Assembly: GCA_040381555.1 (NCBI GenBank)
Contig: JBEIHC010000002.1
Span: 2,188-66,187 of the forward strand
Length of the DNA stretch: 64,000 nucleotides
Source: Bacteroidia bacterium
Lineage (GTDB): Bacteria; Bacteroidota; Bacteroidia; J057; RFSG01
Reading direction: 5' to 3'
Shown: positions 26,024 to 35,760 of the stretch, one piece after another
How positions within the stretch are numbered: position 1 is the stretch's first letter
Layout: each line of letters starts with the position of its first letter
Program-made: the position numbers and the translations under genes
The notes under the pieces: model-generated
Seen by the model: the letters and a program-made list of their open reading frames with translations, nothing else
The model's database searches: none
Told to the model about the DNA's origin: nothing

Positions 26024-27580
26024 ATGTTAACAAGGCTTTCCATTTATTGTTTATTCCTGCTCGCTGGTTTCTCAGCTTTATTTGCACAGGAAGAGGTTGA
26101 TGTTACGAAAGAAGTAGCGGACCCTCAAACCTATATTTTCAGCAATGGAAATACTACGGTTCAAGGGTACATCTATTCTGTTTTAGCAAAGCAAACATCT
26201 TGTTGCGATAAGGACGATATCTACTTGGAAGTAAAAATTGATCCCAATGGATATGTCTTAGATGCTATTGCCCGTACCGGTAAATCGGAGTGTTATAAAA
26301 TGTCTGTAGTGGATATCGTTCGGAATGTTCGTTGGAAGCAGAGTGATAATCAATCTGTTCGTCAGATATTTTTTCCTGTAAAGCCATTAAAACCTTGCAG
26401 TGGGGAAGAGGGCGAAAATAGTTATAAGCCTATACCTGTGACCAATAACCCCGTGAACAATAAAGTTCAAGCAAGTACTACTCGCCCCAATAGTCAGGGA
26501 GACAATTCAATGGCAAATGAGTATGCGCAACGGGAGCGGGAGAAAAAAGAAAGAGAGGAAGCGAATCAAAGGGCAAGGGAAGAAGCAGAAAGAAGAGCTC
26601 AGGAAGAGGCGCAACAGAAAACGGAACAAATGATGGCAGAGCAAAACAAGCAGGAGGAAGAAACGCCCAAACCTGTTGAGCCGATTGCATCCAACGATAA
26701 GCCTAAGGAAACAGCACCTGAAGCTAAGCCCAAAGAAAACGAGGATGATCCCGAGTTTTTGAACAAGTTTGCCTTGGAATCTGAAGAGGAAAGACTTGCC
26801 CGCGAAGCAGCGGAATCTAAGGCTTTAAAGGAAGAAGAGGCAAGGTTATTGGCAGAACAGGAGGCAGAATCAAAGAAGCAGGCAGAAATCAAAGCGAAAA
26901 AACAAGCAGAGTTAAAATCCAAAAAAGAAGCTGAATTAAAAAATAAGAAAAGTGTAAATGAGCAAGAAATGCGTGCCCGCTTGGAGGCTGAGCTCAGAGA
27001 GCAGATAAAATCAGAGCTGGAGGCAGAATTAAAGAAAAGTTCAGGTACAGCCAGTGGTACGGCAAAAGGCGAAGAGTCAGAAGAAACAGAAGAATCAATG
27101 CCTGAGACAAAATCTACCAGCACCACTACCCCCAAAACCAGCCCGAATAAATTTGGTAAATATCCCGGTTATGAGAGCACTGGCGATAAAAATCCAGATG
27201 CTGCGCATAGATCAACCCACGCGAATGCAAGAGTACCAGAATTCACTACCCCTCAATTCATTGAACAGTCTGGAGCTTCGCTTTACATAAAATCAAAATT
27301 AAAAGAAGGCGGAATCTGTGGGCTCGCTCAGGCAGTTGCTGAGGTTACGGTTGACAGAAGCGGGAGCGTAACTTCTCATCGTATTTTTAAAACAAACAAC
27401 GATAAGGTTGAAGCCATCATTCCTGGCATTCTTACCGGAATGAAGTTCAAGCCTGAAACGATTCGGTATAACGGTCAGATTGTTTATATTGAATTTAAGG
27501 CAGACATCTTCTGCCCCTCAAGCCCCACTAAAGGAATTGATTTAGATCAGGTTCAAGATTACCTCCAGGTAACTCGATAA
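26024..27580 (+). CDS. Secreted protein with a long Glu/Lys-rich low-complexity core flanked by two TonB_C-like domains
   Basis: 518 aa. Signal peptide (LLAGFSALFAQ), ~230 aa of E/K/A-rich imperfect repeats (KKQAEIKAKKQAELKSKKEAELKNKK), and terminal regions with a TonB C-terminal-like pattern (VEVKIDPNGYVLD..., VAEVTVDRSGSVTS...FKP). Confidence 0.55.
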   Translation: MLTRLSIYCLFLLAGFSALFAQEEVDVTKEVADPQTYIFSNGNTTVQGYIYSVLAKQTSCCDKDDIYLEVKIDPNGYVLDAIARTGKSECYKMSVVDIVRNVRWKQSDNQSVRQIFFPVKPLKPCSGEEGENSYKPIPVTNNPVNNKVQASTTRPNSQGDNSMANEYAQREREKKEREEANQRAREEAERRAQEEAQQKTEQMMAEQNKQEEETPKPVEPIASNDKPKETAPEAKPKENEDDPEFLNKFALESEEERLAREAAESKALKEEEARLLAEQEAESKKQAEIKAKKQAELKSKKEAELKNKKSVNEQEMRARLEAELREQIKSELEAELKKSSGTASGTAKGEESEETEESMPETKSTSTTTPKTSPNKFGKYPGYESTGDKNPDAAHRSTHANARVPEFTTPQFIEQSGASLYIKSKLKEGGICGLAQAVAEVTVDRSGSVTSHRIFKTNNDKVEAIIPGILTGMKFKPETIRYNGQIVYIEFKADIFCPSSPTKGIDLDQVQDYLQVTR

Positions 27581-27593
27581 ACCGTTTCTTTTG

Positions 27594-28187
27594 ATGCAAT
27601 TTAAATTTGGTTTTCTATTCCTGATTACCCTCCTGCTTTATAGCTGTAATACCTATCGGGATGGGTTTACTGTCTATGAAATTCGGGAGAACCGACATTT
27701 TTGTTCCGGCTGGAGATGGGGTCTGTCTCGCACCCCTTATCGAAAATTTGAGTTTGTATTAGACTCCTCTTGCGTCTATGATGAAAATCTTATCGGAAAA
27801 GCTTGGAGCAAAATAGGTGGATTTACCACCGGTCATACCCATTGGAACAGCTGCCGTGTGGGCTGGCAAGCAGAAAATGGACATATCGCTTTAGGATATT
27901 ACTGTTATGTAGGCGGAAAACGAATTGCCGGTAAAATGACAGAAGCTATGCCTGGTGAAGTGAATCAGGCAGAATTGTTTTGGGATAAATCCTGTCGATC
28001 TTATATTATTCGGATAAATGGAATAGAGGAAAGAATTCCACAGCCTCGGAACATGGGCCTTTACCTGTACACTTATCCCTTCTTAGGAGGTCGCTTTAAA
28101 GCACCCCAAAATATGGCTATCCGTATACGCAATCTCAACCCTGAAGCAGGTCCCCTTTGGAAGAAGTGGTTTGCTCATGGTTTGTGA
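27594..28187 (+). CDS. Hypothetical lipoprotein
   Basis: MQFKFGFLFLITLLLYSCN lipoprotein signal. Cys- and Trp-rich, no family recognised. Confidence 0.5.
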   Translation: MQFKFGFLFLITLLLYSCNTYRDGFTVYEIRENRHFCSGWRWGLSRTPYRKFEFVLDSSCVYDENLIGKAWSKIGGFTTGHTHWNSCRVGWQAENGHIALGYYCYVGGKRIAGKMTEAMPGEVNQAELFWDKSCRSYIIRINGIEERIPQPRNMGLYLYTYPFLGGRFKAPQNMAIRIRNLNPEAGPLWKKWFAHGL

Positions 28188-28520
28188 TGGAGTACCTTTT
28201 TCTTGAAATGGGAAAAATTTAAAAGTCAAATTCTTCTGATTTCAATTGCCGCCTCTCCCAATAACGAAGGAGAAATAATAGATGCTTAACTAAGAGAAAA
28301 GTAAATCCTTTTACTTTTTAAGCAACAACAGAAATGACTCTATGCAACCCAAACTGAAGTTTATTGGGGTTACTCATTTTTGTGAACAGTTATAAATTAT
28401 AGCCTCTTAAGGATTCAAATAATAGGACTAATCTTTATTGTTATTGTTAACCCTGTTGGGGTTTATTCGAATACTTTAGGTGCGACACAAAGTCAATTAC
28501 TTGCTAAGAAAGCCGTTATA

Positions 28521-30275
28521 TTATTTCTCTTTGGGGTTAAAGCGAGCATCAATTGCCTTACGAGAATACCCTAAATAGGTCGAGTAGGCAGTTAAAATCA
28601 AGAAAAGAAATAAGGCGATTCTGCCAATAAATGCACCGTGTTTTACAAAAAACGATTTTTCAGTATAGAGATTTACTTTTCTGTCTATTGTAGTTTCCTG
28701 CCACCAGGGTGTGTCTTGGTACCGATTTCCATACACATCAATGAACAAGGATGTACCTGTATTGGCACTTCGAATAATTTCTCTACGATTTTCAATAGCC
28801 CGTAGAACAGATAAACCAGCATGTTGGATGTAACCAGAACTTTGTTTCCACCATCCGTCATTGGTAATTACGGATAAGACTTGTGCTCCGCCACGAGTAT
28901 AGTCGGCAGCATGATCCGGAAAAGCAGACTCATAGCAAATCATCACCCCAACCGGTACATCCTGACGCGTAAAAAGCGTGAAGGCAGAATCGGATTTTCC
29001 ATAACTTCCTAAGCCTCCTCCGATATCAATATTATAATCTTTTAAAAAACTAAGATAATCTAAGAAAGGAACTCTTTCTACCATGGGGACTAATTTGGCC
29101 TTCTGGTAGGTTTTCATTCGAGCAGATCCTAAAATAACAGCAGAATTACAGTAATCATAATACCCATTATCCTTTGGCCTAGCCGTTTCGGGGAGGGGCT
29201 CTTTTTCAAAGTACCTCAATTCGGTCATACCTGTTAAAATTCCCATTCGAGGATATTTTGCAATGAGTGTCCAAAAGCCTTTTAACGCTTCGGCCATACT
29301 CAACTCACTGGTCCAAATGGGCTCTGGAATGGCTGTTTCTGGAAATACAACTAAGTCTATTGTATCAGCACCCGGGGAATTGGTTAATCGGAAAAAGGTA
29401 TTGAGTTGTTTATCCAACCCATCCGTATCAAACTTTTCATAGGGGTCAATATTCGGTTGCACAATTCTGGCATTCAGCGAGCCGGATGCTTGGAAAATGC
29501 TTCTTTCTGGACTTACTATCCAAAAATTCAAGGCTAAAGGAAGAAATCCAATGAAAAGGGCAGTGGCTATTAAGCCAAACGAACTTGAAAGCCTCTGTCG
29601 CTTAGTCCAGGCATAATAAATAATTATATTAATTATTAGGATCCAAGCACTAATCCCCAACACTCCGGTAAATTCTGCAAACTGAATAAAATTTGGCGCA
29701 GAAGTAAAAGCATTTCCCAGCGTAAGCCATGACCAGGAAAGATCCCAATGAAAATGCACAAATTCAAAACTAATCCACGCAAAAATGAAATAAACTGCCG
29801 CAAGATATTTCTTAAAGTGCCCCTGAAATTTCACCCAAATTAATAGGGGAATACTCATCATGAAGGGATTGATAATAGAGGCGATGAATCCCGCAAAAAA
29901 ACTAGCCATCGCCTCATCTGTTGGTACGCTTAAGGCTGTCAACATTAACCAATAACAGGTCAAAACATTCCAAATAAAGAAGCAAACAAATAGGTATCGA
30001 AAAGCCTGTTTAGTTCTGGAAATTTCTCTTCTCTCTGGAAGCAAGCGAAAAGATTTGCGATACAAAAACTGAAAGCTTAGTGTGCGCCAAATAAAGACAA
30101 ATGGAATGCGTATCCAATAGCTAATTGAGTCCTCGCGCGAATGTTGGGGCAGCGTGAAGAGTACTTGTAATAAAGGAACCCAAGCCAACCAGCTAATCCA
30201 AGGGAAAGGGGAGGGAGGAAATGCTGCTGCTAACAGCAATCCACTTAGAAGCACTCGTAACCAATTATTTTTCAT
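28521..30275 (-). CDS. lnt: Apolipoprotein N-acyltransferase
   Basis: 584 aa. N-terminal multi-TM region plus a C-terminal nitrilase-like domain with FPETA, VMICYESAFPD and NDGWW. Confidence 0.88.
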   Translation of the reverse strand: MKNNWLRVLLSGLLLAAAFPPSPFPWISWLAWVPLLQVLFTLPQHSREDSISYWIRIPFVFIWRTLSFQFLYRKSFRLLPERREISRTKQAFRYLFVCFFIWNVLTCYWLMLTALSVPTDEAMASFFAGFIASIINPFMMSIPLLIWVKFQGHFKKYLAAVYFIFAWISFEFVHFHWDLSWSWLTLGNAFTSAPNFIQFAEFTGVLGISAWILIINIIIYYAWTKRQRLSSSFGLIATALFIGFLPLALNFWIVSPERSIFQASGSLNARIVQPNIDPYEKFDTDGLDKQLNTFFRLTNSPGADTIDLVVFPETAIPEPIWTSELSMAEALKGFWTLIAKYPRMGILTGMTELRYFEKEPLPETARPKDNGYYDYCNSAVILGSARMKTYQKAKLVPMVERVPFLDYLSFLKDYNIDIGGGLGSYGKSDSAFTLFTRQDVPVGVMICYESAFPDHAADYTRGGAQVLSVITNDGWWKQSSGYIQHAGLSVLRAIENRREIIRSANTGTSLFIDVYGNRYQDTPWWQETTIDRKVNLYTEKSFFVKHGAFIGRIALFLFLILTAYSTYLGYSRKAIDARFNPKEK

Positions 30276-30942
30276 CTCCTTGTACGATTAAAACAAGCTC
30301 TCCTTTTGCTGGATGTTGTTGGAAGTACACAACAGCTTCTGCTATAGTACTGCGGTGATGTGTTTCGAATTTTTTAGAGATTTCTCTGGAAACACAGATG
30401 TTTCGTTCGCTACCCAGATAGGATGCCAAATCTTCTAGAGTACGATTGAGTCGATGGGGAGATTCATAGAGAACTAAAGTTCTTTTCTCGGTTTTTAATT
30501 CCATCAATCTGGTTTGCCGGCCTTTTTTCACCGGTAAAAACCCTTCAAATATAAAGCGGTCACAAGGAATGCCCGAGCTGATTAATGCAGGCACAAATGC
30601 GGTAGCACCAGGCAGGGTCTCTACTTCTATTCCCCGAGCTAAGGCTTCCCGAACAATAAGAAATCCTGGATCGGAAATGCCCGGGGTGCCAGCGTCTGAG
30701 ATAACCCCAAGAGATAAATCCTCTGACTCTACTTTTGACAATAAGTCTTGTACCCGAGCATGTTCATTATGAGCATGTAGGGATACCATGTGGGTAGTGA
30801 TTTGATAATGCTTGAGTAATACCGAACTCGTTCGGGTATCTTCTGCTGCAATCAAATTTACCTCTTGTAATAAACGCACGGCCCGATAAGTCATGTCTTC
30901 CAAGTTGCCGACAGGCGTGGGAATTAGGATAATTTTAGCCAC
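30265..30942 (-). CDS. rsmI: 16S rRNA (cytidine1402-2'-O)-methyltransferase
   Basis: 225 aa. LIPTPVGNLEDMTYRAVRLL...AAEDTR and ISDAGTPGISDPG motifs. Confidence 0.9.
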   Translation of the reverse strand: MAKIILIPTPVGNLEDMTYRAVRLLQEVNLIAAEDTRTSSVLLKHYQITTHMVSLHAHNEHARVQDLLSKVESEDLSLGVISDAGTPGISDPGFLIVREALARGIEVETLPGATAFVPALISSGIPCDRFIFEGFLPVKKGRQTRLMELKTEKRTLVLYESPHRLNRTLEDLASYLGSERNICVSREISKKFETHHRSTIAEAVVYFQQHPAKGELVLIVQGDEK

Positions 30943-31107
30943 GATGTAAAGTTAATCCTTATCTGCCAATTTGGTTAGATGCTGACACCCGGTTAGATGC
31001 TAACCCAATTGAAGAAGTAGTTTTGCCCCCAATGCCCCTTGTTTAAGATTAACTTAGTAATTTTAGCAATTAAGAATTATCAGTGTATTAACTCAGGGAT
31101 CTGATTC

Positions 31108-31869
31108 ATGCAGCCAAAAAGTACCTCTCTTCCTTATATAGGATTGCTAATATTACTTTTAGGAACTCAGCTGGGGTGTAAAAAGGAAAAAAAAGCCAAT
31201 TATTCGGCTACAATCTCAGTAGGAGATTATTCCCAGATGTTGCTTCAAAAGATTGATTTCACTCAGTATCCAGGATATCCCAACGAGAATCGATATGAAA
31301 TAGATGTCAATAAAGATGGAGTGCAGGATCTTGCGTTTGTCTGTTATGATGCCGGGAGCCCAGGAGCTGGGCCATTACCCGGCTCCTATTTAGCGACTCT
31401 TCACTCAGATTTGAATTTGTATGTTCAGGAAAGACCCGATTCATTGTTTCGTTCCCTAAAAAGAGATACTACCTTTGGCGATACTGTTTTTTGTTATACG
31501 CGCTCTTACTCTGGTTGTCGCAAAAAGAACGCTTATGACACACTCTCTTCCTCAGGTTTCGTGTTGGTTCCATCAAATCTGACCCCCGGATTCACTCTCA
31601 ATAATAATAACTATTGGCAAAGCATAGAATATACACTTGGTAGCACTTCTTATTCTAAACCTACAGTTGATTTTTCTAATCCGGATACCCTAAAAATTCA
31701 ACTATTTGATGCAGATGGCACCTGTAACCGACCCCCTATTAGTCAGGATATTTTCTATGGTATCAGGCTCAAGGAAGGTGATCAATATCGTTTAGGTTGG
31801 GTCAGATTCAGAATGGAAGGAGTAGGTATTATATACCTTCAGGAAGTAGTTCTGCAAAGTAGTTACTAA
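31108..31869 (+). CDS. Hypothetical lipoprotein
   Basis: 253 aa. Signal plus lipobox (LLLGTQLGCKK). No family recognised. Confidence 0.5.
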   Translation: MQPKSTSLPYIGLLILLLGTQLGCKKEKKANYSATISVGDYSQMLLQKIDFTQYPGYPNENRYEIDVNKDGVQDLAFVCYDAGSPGAGPLPGSYLATLHSDLNLYVQERPDSLFRSLKRDTTFGDTVFCYTRSYSGCRKKNAYDTLSSSGFVLVPSNLTPGFTLNNNNYWQSIEYTLGSTSYSKPTVDFSNPDTLKIQLFDADGTCNRPPISQDIFYGIRLKEGDQYRLGWVRFRMEGVGIIYLQEVVLQSSY

Positions 31870-31899
31870 ATATTTTTACAAATTGAATACTTCCACCCA

Positions 31900-33060
31900 A
31901 TGGCTATAAGAGAAGTAACGGGTAGCGCACTCTTGCTGCCGCAGGGCCTGACAGAAGGAATGAGCATCTATGTGGAGGATCAAACGGGAGAAATTCTGAG
32001 TATTCAGGAATCTACCACCGAAGCTGAGTTTTTTTCTGGAATTATTTCTCCTGGATTTATCAATGCTCATTGCCACCTGGAATTATCAGGATTAAAAGGG
32101 CGAATCCCCAAACACACTGGAATGGCTGGTTTTATTCGTGCTTTACAGGGGGTAAGGGACAGCATAAATAACGAAGACCTTTATTTGATTGCGGCTCAAG
32201 ATATGTTTCAATCCGGAATCCAAGCCGTTGCAGATATTTCTAACTCGCTGCTTACTGCCCCTTTGAAGGCCGATGCAAGGAAAGACATTCCCCGGTTTCA
32301 TACCTTCTTAGAAGTGTTTGGATTGAATCCAGAAAAATCACAGGAGATACAACATATAGGCTTGGAAAAAACGAAGCAGTTTCCGGAAGCAAGTTGTTCC
32401 CTTACCTGGCATGCCCCCTACAGCAGCTCCCCTCAGCTTATTCAATCAATTGGCGATTATGCACTGCATCACGCGCACCCTTACAGCTTCCACCTACTTG
32501 AATCTAATGAAGAACTGGAGTTGTTTCAGTCCCGTTCTGGACCCTTAGCAGCCTTATTTCAGGAATGGGGATTCCAGCCCCTGCCTGATTGGTTTGGGAA
32601 TACCACAGTCCTTGATTTTTTATTGCCCTTATTACCTCGAGATATTCAGATGATTTGGGTACATGGTGTTTTATTAAACTCAGAAAGTATTCAGAAAACA
32701 TTGAATCATATTCCACAATCCTATTTTTGTTTGTGTCCCTCTGCCAACGAATATATTCACCATTCAATTCCTCCTGTTTTAGATTTATTGCCCTATTCAG
32801 ATCGAATTGCGTTGGGCACAGATAGTTTGGCAGGTAATGAATCCTTAGATTTACTGAATGATTTAAAAATTCTTTCAGAACATTTCCCAAGCGTTTCCAC
32901 TGAGGAATTGCTTTTTTGGGCAACCCGAAATGGAGCTGTTTGTATGGGTTGGCATGACCTCGGAACATTGGAAGTGGGCAAGTCACCAGGTTTGATTCAA
33001 ATTGATTGTTTGAAGCAGGGAAGGATATTTTCAGATACATTTGTAAAACGCATAGTATGA
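31900..33060 (+). CDS. Amidohydrolase family protein (chlorohydrolase/deaminase-like)
   Basis: 386 aa. Metal-binding SPGFINAHCHLELS motif, with later HLLES and GTDS motifs. Confidence 0.7.
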   Translation: MAIREVTGSALLLPQGLTEGMSIYVEDQTGEILSIQESTTEAEFFSGIISPGFINAHCHLELSGLKGRIPKHTGMAGFIRALQGVRDSINNEDLYLIAAQDMFQSGIQAVADISNSLLTAPLKADARKDIPRFHTFLEVFGLNPEKSQEIQHIGLEKTKQFPEASCSLTWHAPYSSSPQLIQSIGDYALHHAHPYSFHLLESNEELELFQSRSGPLAALFQEWGFQPLPDWFGNTTVLDFLLPLLPRDIQMIWVHGVLLNSESIQKTLNHIPQSYFCLCPSANEYIHHSIPPVLDLLPYSDRIALGTDSLAGNESLDLLNDLKILSEHFPSVSTEELLFWATRNGAVCMGWHDLGTLEVGKSPGLIQIDCLKQGRIFSDTFVKRIV

Positions 33061-33647
33061 TATTAGTTCAGGATAAGTTGGTAAGTGAGGATTTGTTGGA
33101 GGAGGAGTTTGTATGCAATCTTACCGCCTGCAAAGGAGCCTGCTGTGTGGAGGGCGAGGGAGGAGCTCCATTAGAAGAGGAAGAGTTGAAAATATTGCAA
33201 CAGGAGCAAAAGAAATTTTCTCCCTACCTAAGTGCTGAAGGGAAGGGGGAGATGGAGCGACAAGGATTGTGGGTGGAAGAAAATACGCTGGCGGAGAAGT
33301 ATTATTCTACACCCTTAGTAAAACCGAGAGGCGCTTGTATTTATGCTATTTTTGAAGGGGGTATTGCCCTTTGTGGGATAGAAAAGGCATGGAAGGAGGG
33401 AAAGACTCGTTTTAGAAAACCCGTATCCTGTCATTTATACCCGATTCGAATTAGTGTGTTAAAAGATGGAACAGAGGCATTGAATTATCATCGATGGAGC
33501 GTTTGTAGCCCAGCCTGCAAGAATGGTAAAAAGTTGGGAGTGCCTGTTTATCAATTTCTCAAAGAAGCTTTGATTCGAAAATATGGTGAGGCTTTTTTTG
33601 AAGAATTAGACGCGATAGCTCAACAATGGAAAAATCGCTCAGTCTGA
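33057..33647 (+). CDS. DUF3109 family protein (Cys-rich)
   Basis: The ATG at 33057 overlaps the upstream stop (ATGA). FVCNLTACKGACCVEGEGGAPL is the DUF3109 signature as I recall it. Confidence 0.6.
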   Translation: MILVQDKLVSEDLLEEEFVCNLTACKGACCVEGEGGAPLEEEELKILQQEQKKFSPYLSAEGKGEMERQGLWVEENTLAEKYYSTPLVKPRGACIYAIFEGGIALCGIEKAWKEGKTRFRKPVSCHLYPIRISVLKDGTEALNYHRWSVCSPACKNGKKLGVPVYQFLKEALIRKYGEAFFEELDAIAQQWKNRSV

Positions 33648-34241
33648 TTTTTTACCCATAATTATACCTAATCCAAATAAATTATACCCGGAATTTTGAC
33701 CTATAATTAATCCGGTAAATTCCGAATTAAATATCCAACAATATTCCCAATTCAATTGCAGGGAGAGGGCAGGATTGAGTTTGTATCTCAATCCAAATCC
33801 ATATTGAATACCAGAACTAATATTACTTTGAACCGGAAGTGCGTTTTGGTTAATATCCCGAGGCTGAAAATTCAGTACCTGTGCTGAAAGCCGGACCTGA
33901 GGAATAATTTTATTTTCTTTCAGGAATAGATAATTCAGCCCTATCCCTAAAGTGCGAAAATCCGTGATAAACAAGTTTTTTTCAGGTGCTTGAAATTGCC
34001 GCCAAGAATCTTCCCCTGAAACGCTTCCCAAACTAAAACGAATTAATGTTTCCACTCTTTTTTTTCCAGCATACAAAGTAATTTCTGCTCCGGGATGATG
34101 CATGCGGGAACCTGTATATATTTTCCCGGCATAGCGTGATCCAAAGACGGTTAAGGATGGCCTGAAAGATTGGGCATGCAGGGATTTACTTAAAGGAACA
34201 ATAGAATTAACAGTAAAAATAAAAAGCAGAAAAAAAGGCAT
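33639..34241 (-). CDS. Small outer-membrane beta-barrel protein (hypothetical)
   Basis: The internal ATG at 34241 gives a signal peptide (MPFFLLFIFTVNSIVPLSKSLHAQS) and avoids overlap with purD. Alternating strand pattern with C-terminal aromatic residues. Confidence 0.45.
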   Translation of the reverse strand: MPFFLLFIFTVNSIVPLSKSLHAQSFRPSLTVFGSRYAGKIYTGSRMHHPGAEITLYAGKKRVETLIRFSLGSVSGEDSWRQFQAPEKNLFITDFRTLGIGLNYLFLKENKIIPQVRLSAQVLNFQPRDINQNALPVQSNISSGIQYGFGLRYKLNPALSLQLNWEYCWIFNSEFTGLIIGQNSGYNLFGLGIIMGKKSD

Positions 34242-34332
34242 CCTGAGATTCAGAGAAAATGGAACAACCCTAAGGGCAGGCTGAATACTGGTATAATTCC
34301 GCTCAGATAAACGAGGATGTGTGGGTAGGGAA

Positions 34333-35589
34333 TTAATATATTGTCCCAATATCTTTTCGAAAATATTTACCGGCGAATTCAACGGAGACCGCTCCAGATT
34401 GGGAAAGATTTGCTGCCAAGGTTAAGTTTTCTGCCAAAGCAGTTACGGCAATTACCCTCCCCCCGGAATTGAGCAATTTTCCTTCTTTAGCCTGAGTTCC
34501 CGCATGAAAATAAAAAACATGGGGATTTCTATCTTGAGGTAGGCTAATTTCTTTTCCGCTCAGGTATTCTCCCGGATAACCATCGCTTACACAAACAGTG
34601 GTAACTGCAGATTGCTCGGATATTTTCAAGGGGCTCTCAGGCAATGCACCACTGGCCGCTCCAAATAAATAGGGCACTAAATCAGATTGTATTCTGGGAA
34701 GTACAGCTTCTGTTTCCGGATCGCCCATCCGTACATTATACTCAATTACGCGTGCCTCTTCCTCATCTACCATTAATCCAAAGAAAATAAATCCGCGGTA
34801 ATCAATTCCTTCTGCCTTCAGTCCTTTAAGTGTTGGTTCGATTATAAATTTATTTACATAATCCTGTAATTGTGCCGTATAAAATGGAACGGGCGAAATT
34901 GCTCCCATTCCACCTGTATTAGGGCCTTCATTGTTTTCTTTCGCTCTTTTATAATCCATCGCTTCGGGCAATTGAATCCAACGCTTACCATCTGTGAGAA
35001 TAAAAACTGAGACTTCTTTTCCTGTCAGATAAGATTCAATCAGGATAGAATCTCCGGAAATCCCAAAGCGATCTTGGTGAAAAATTTCTTCGAGAGCATC
35101 CATAGCTTCTTGGTGTGACTGGGCTACAGTTACGCCTTTCCCGCCTGCCAATCCATCCACCTTAATCACAACGGGCAAGGGCTGATGTAATAGAAAATGT
35201 AGGGCTTCATCATATTCATCTCTTGCAAATGTTCGGGCACTTGCAGTTGGAATATGATATTTTTCCATAAAGGCTTTTGAATATACTTTACTGCCCTCAA
35301 GCTGCGCACCGGCTTTTCCCGGACCACAAACCAAAAATCCTGCAGCACGCACCTCATCTGCCAATCCTTCACTCAAAGGCTGCTCCGGACCAATCAATAC
35401 TAAATCAATAGACTCCTGCTGACAAAATGCAACTACTTCTTCGGGTTTATCTGGATTAATGGGCACATTCCAAGGTAAAGTGCCGCCATTTCCTCTCGCC
35501 ATAAAGAGTTTGGTACACAATGCGGATGAGGCTATTTTCCAAGCCAAAGCATGCTCGCGTCCTCCAGTGCCAATTATCAATATATTCAT
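34333..35589 (-). CDS. purD: Phosphoribosylamine--glycine ligase
   Basis: MNILIIGTGGREHALAWK N-terminus and ATP-grasp motifs (VIKVDGLAGGKGV, EYNVRMGDPE). Confidence 0.92.
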   Translation of the reverse strand: MNILIIGTGGREHALAWKIASSALCTKLFMARGNGGTLPWNVPINPDKPEEVVAFCQQESIDLVLIGPEQPLSEGLADEVRAAGFLVCGPGKAGAQLEGSKVYSKAFMEKYHIPTASARTFARDEYDEALHFLLHQPLPVVIKVDGLAGGKGVTVAQSHQEAMDALEEIFHQDRFGISGDSILIESYLTGKEVSVFILTDGKRWIQLPEAMDYKRAKENNEGPNTGGMGAISPVPFYTAQLQDYVNKFIIEPTLKGLKAEGIDYRGFIFFGLMVDEEEARVIEYNVRMGDPETEAVLPRIQSDLVPYLFGAASGALPESPLKISEQSAVTTVCVSDGYPGEYLSGKEISLPQDRNPHVFYFHAGTQAKEGKLLNSGGRVIAVTALAENLTLAANLSQSGAVSVEFAGKYFRKDIGTIY

Positions 35590-35740
35590 GTTACAAATAT
35601 ACAATTGCAGAATAAGCGAATCGAATTAAAATGTGGAATATAAAACAACAAGGGTTTATAAAGGAAAAATGCTGCAATAAATTAATCCCAACCGTTAACC
35701 GTTCATCCAATTAGTTTTGAATAATACTTGAGAGTTAACT

Positions 35741-35748
35741 TAAATTTG
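35741..35748 (+). promoter_or_regulatory. Candidate -7 box TAAATTTG with TTTG 21 nt upstream
   Basis: Matches Bacteroidota TTTG-N19-21-TAnnTTTG promoter architecture and lies 12 nt upstream of the MATE ATG. A second match, TAGTTTTG, lies at 35712-35719. Confidence 0.35.
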
Positions 35749-35760
35749 CAGCTCGTAAGC

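Noticed and set aside
26478-27135. Minus-strand ORFs (178 aa and 70 aa) rich in Ser/Ala/Phe
   Set aside because: They are antisense to the GAA/AAG-rich Glu/Lys repeat region of the 518-aa protein. The open frame is a by-product of the low-complexity sense strand.
28297-28318. AT-only hairpin AAAAGTAAA-tcct-TTTACTTTT as a terminator in the convergent gap before lnt
   Set aside because: The stem has one G-C pair and lies ~110 nt past the nearest stop. It is too weak to annotate as a terminator with any confidence.
32504-33040. 178-aa minus-strand ORF
   Set aside because: It is fully contained antisense within the amidohydrolase gene, which carries the clear HxH metal-binding motif. No recognisable features.
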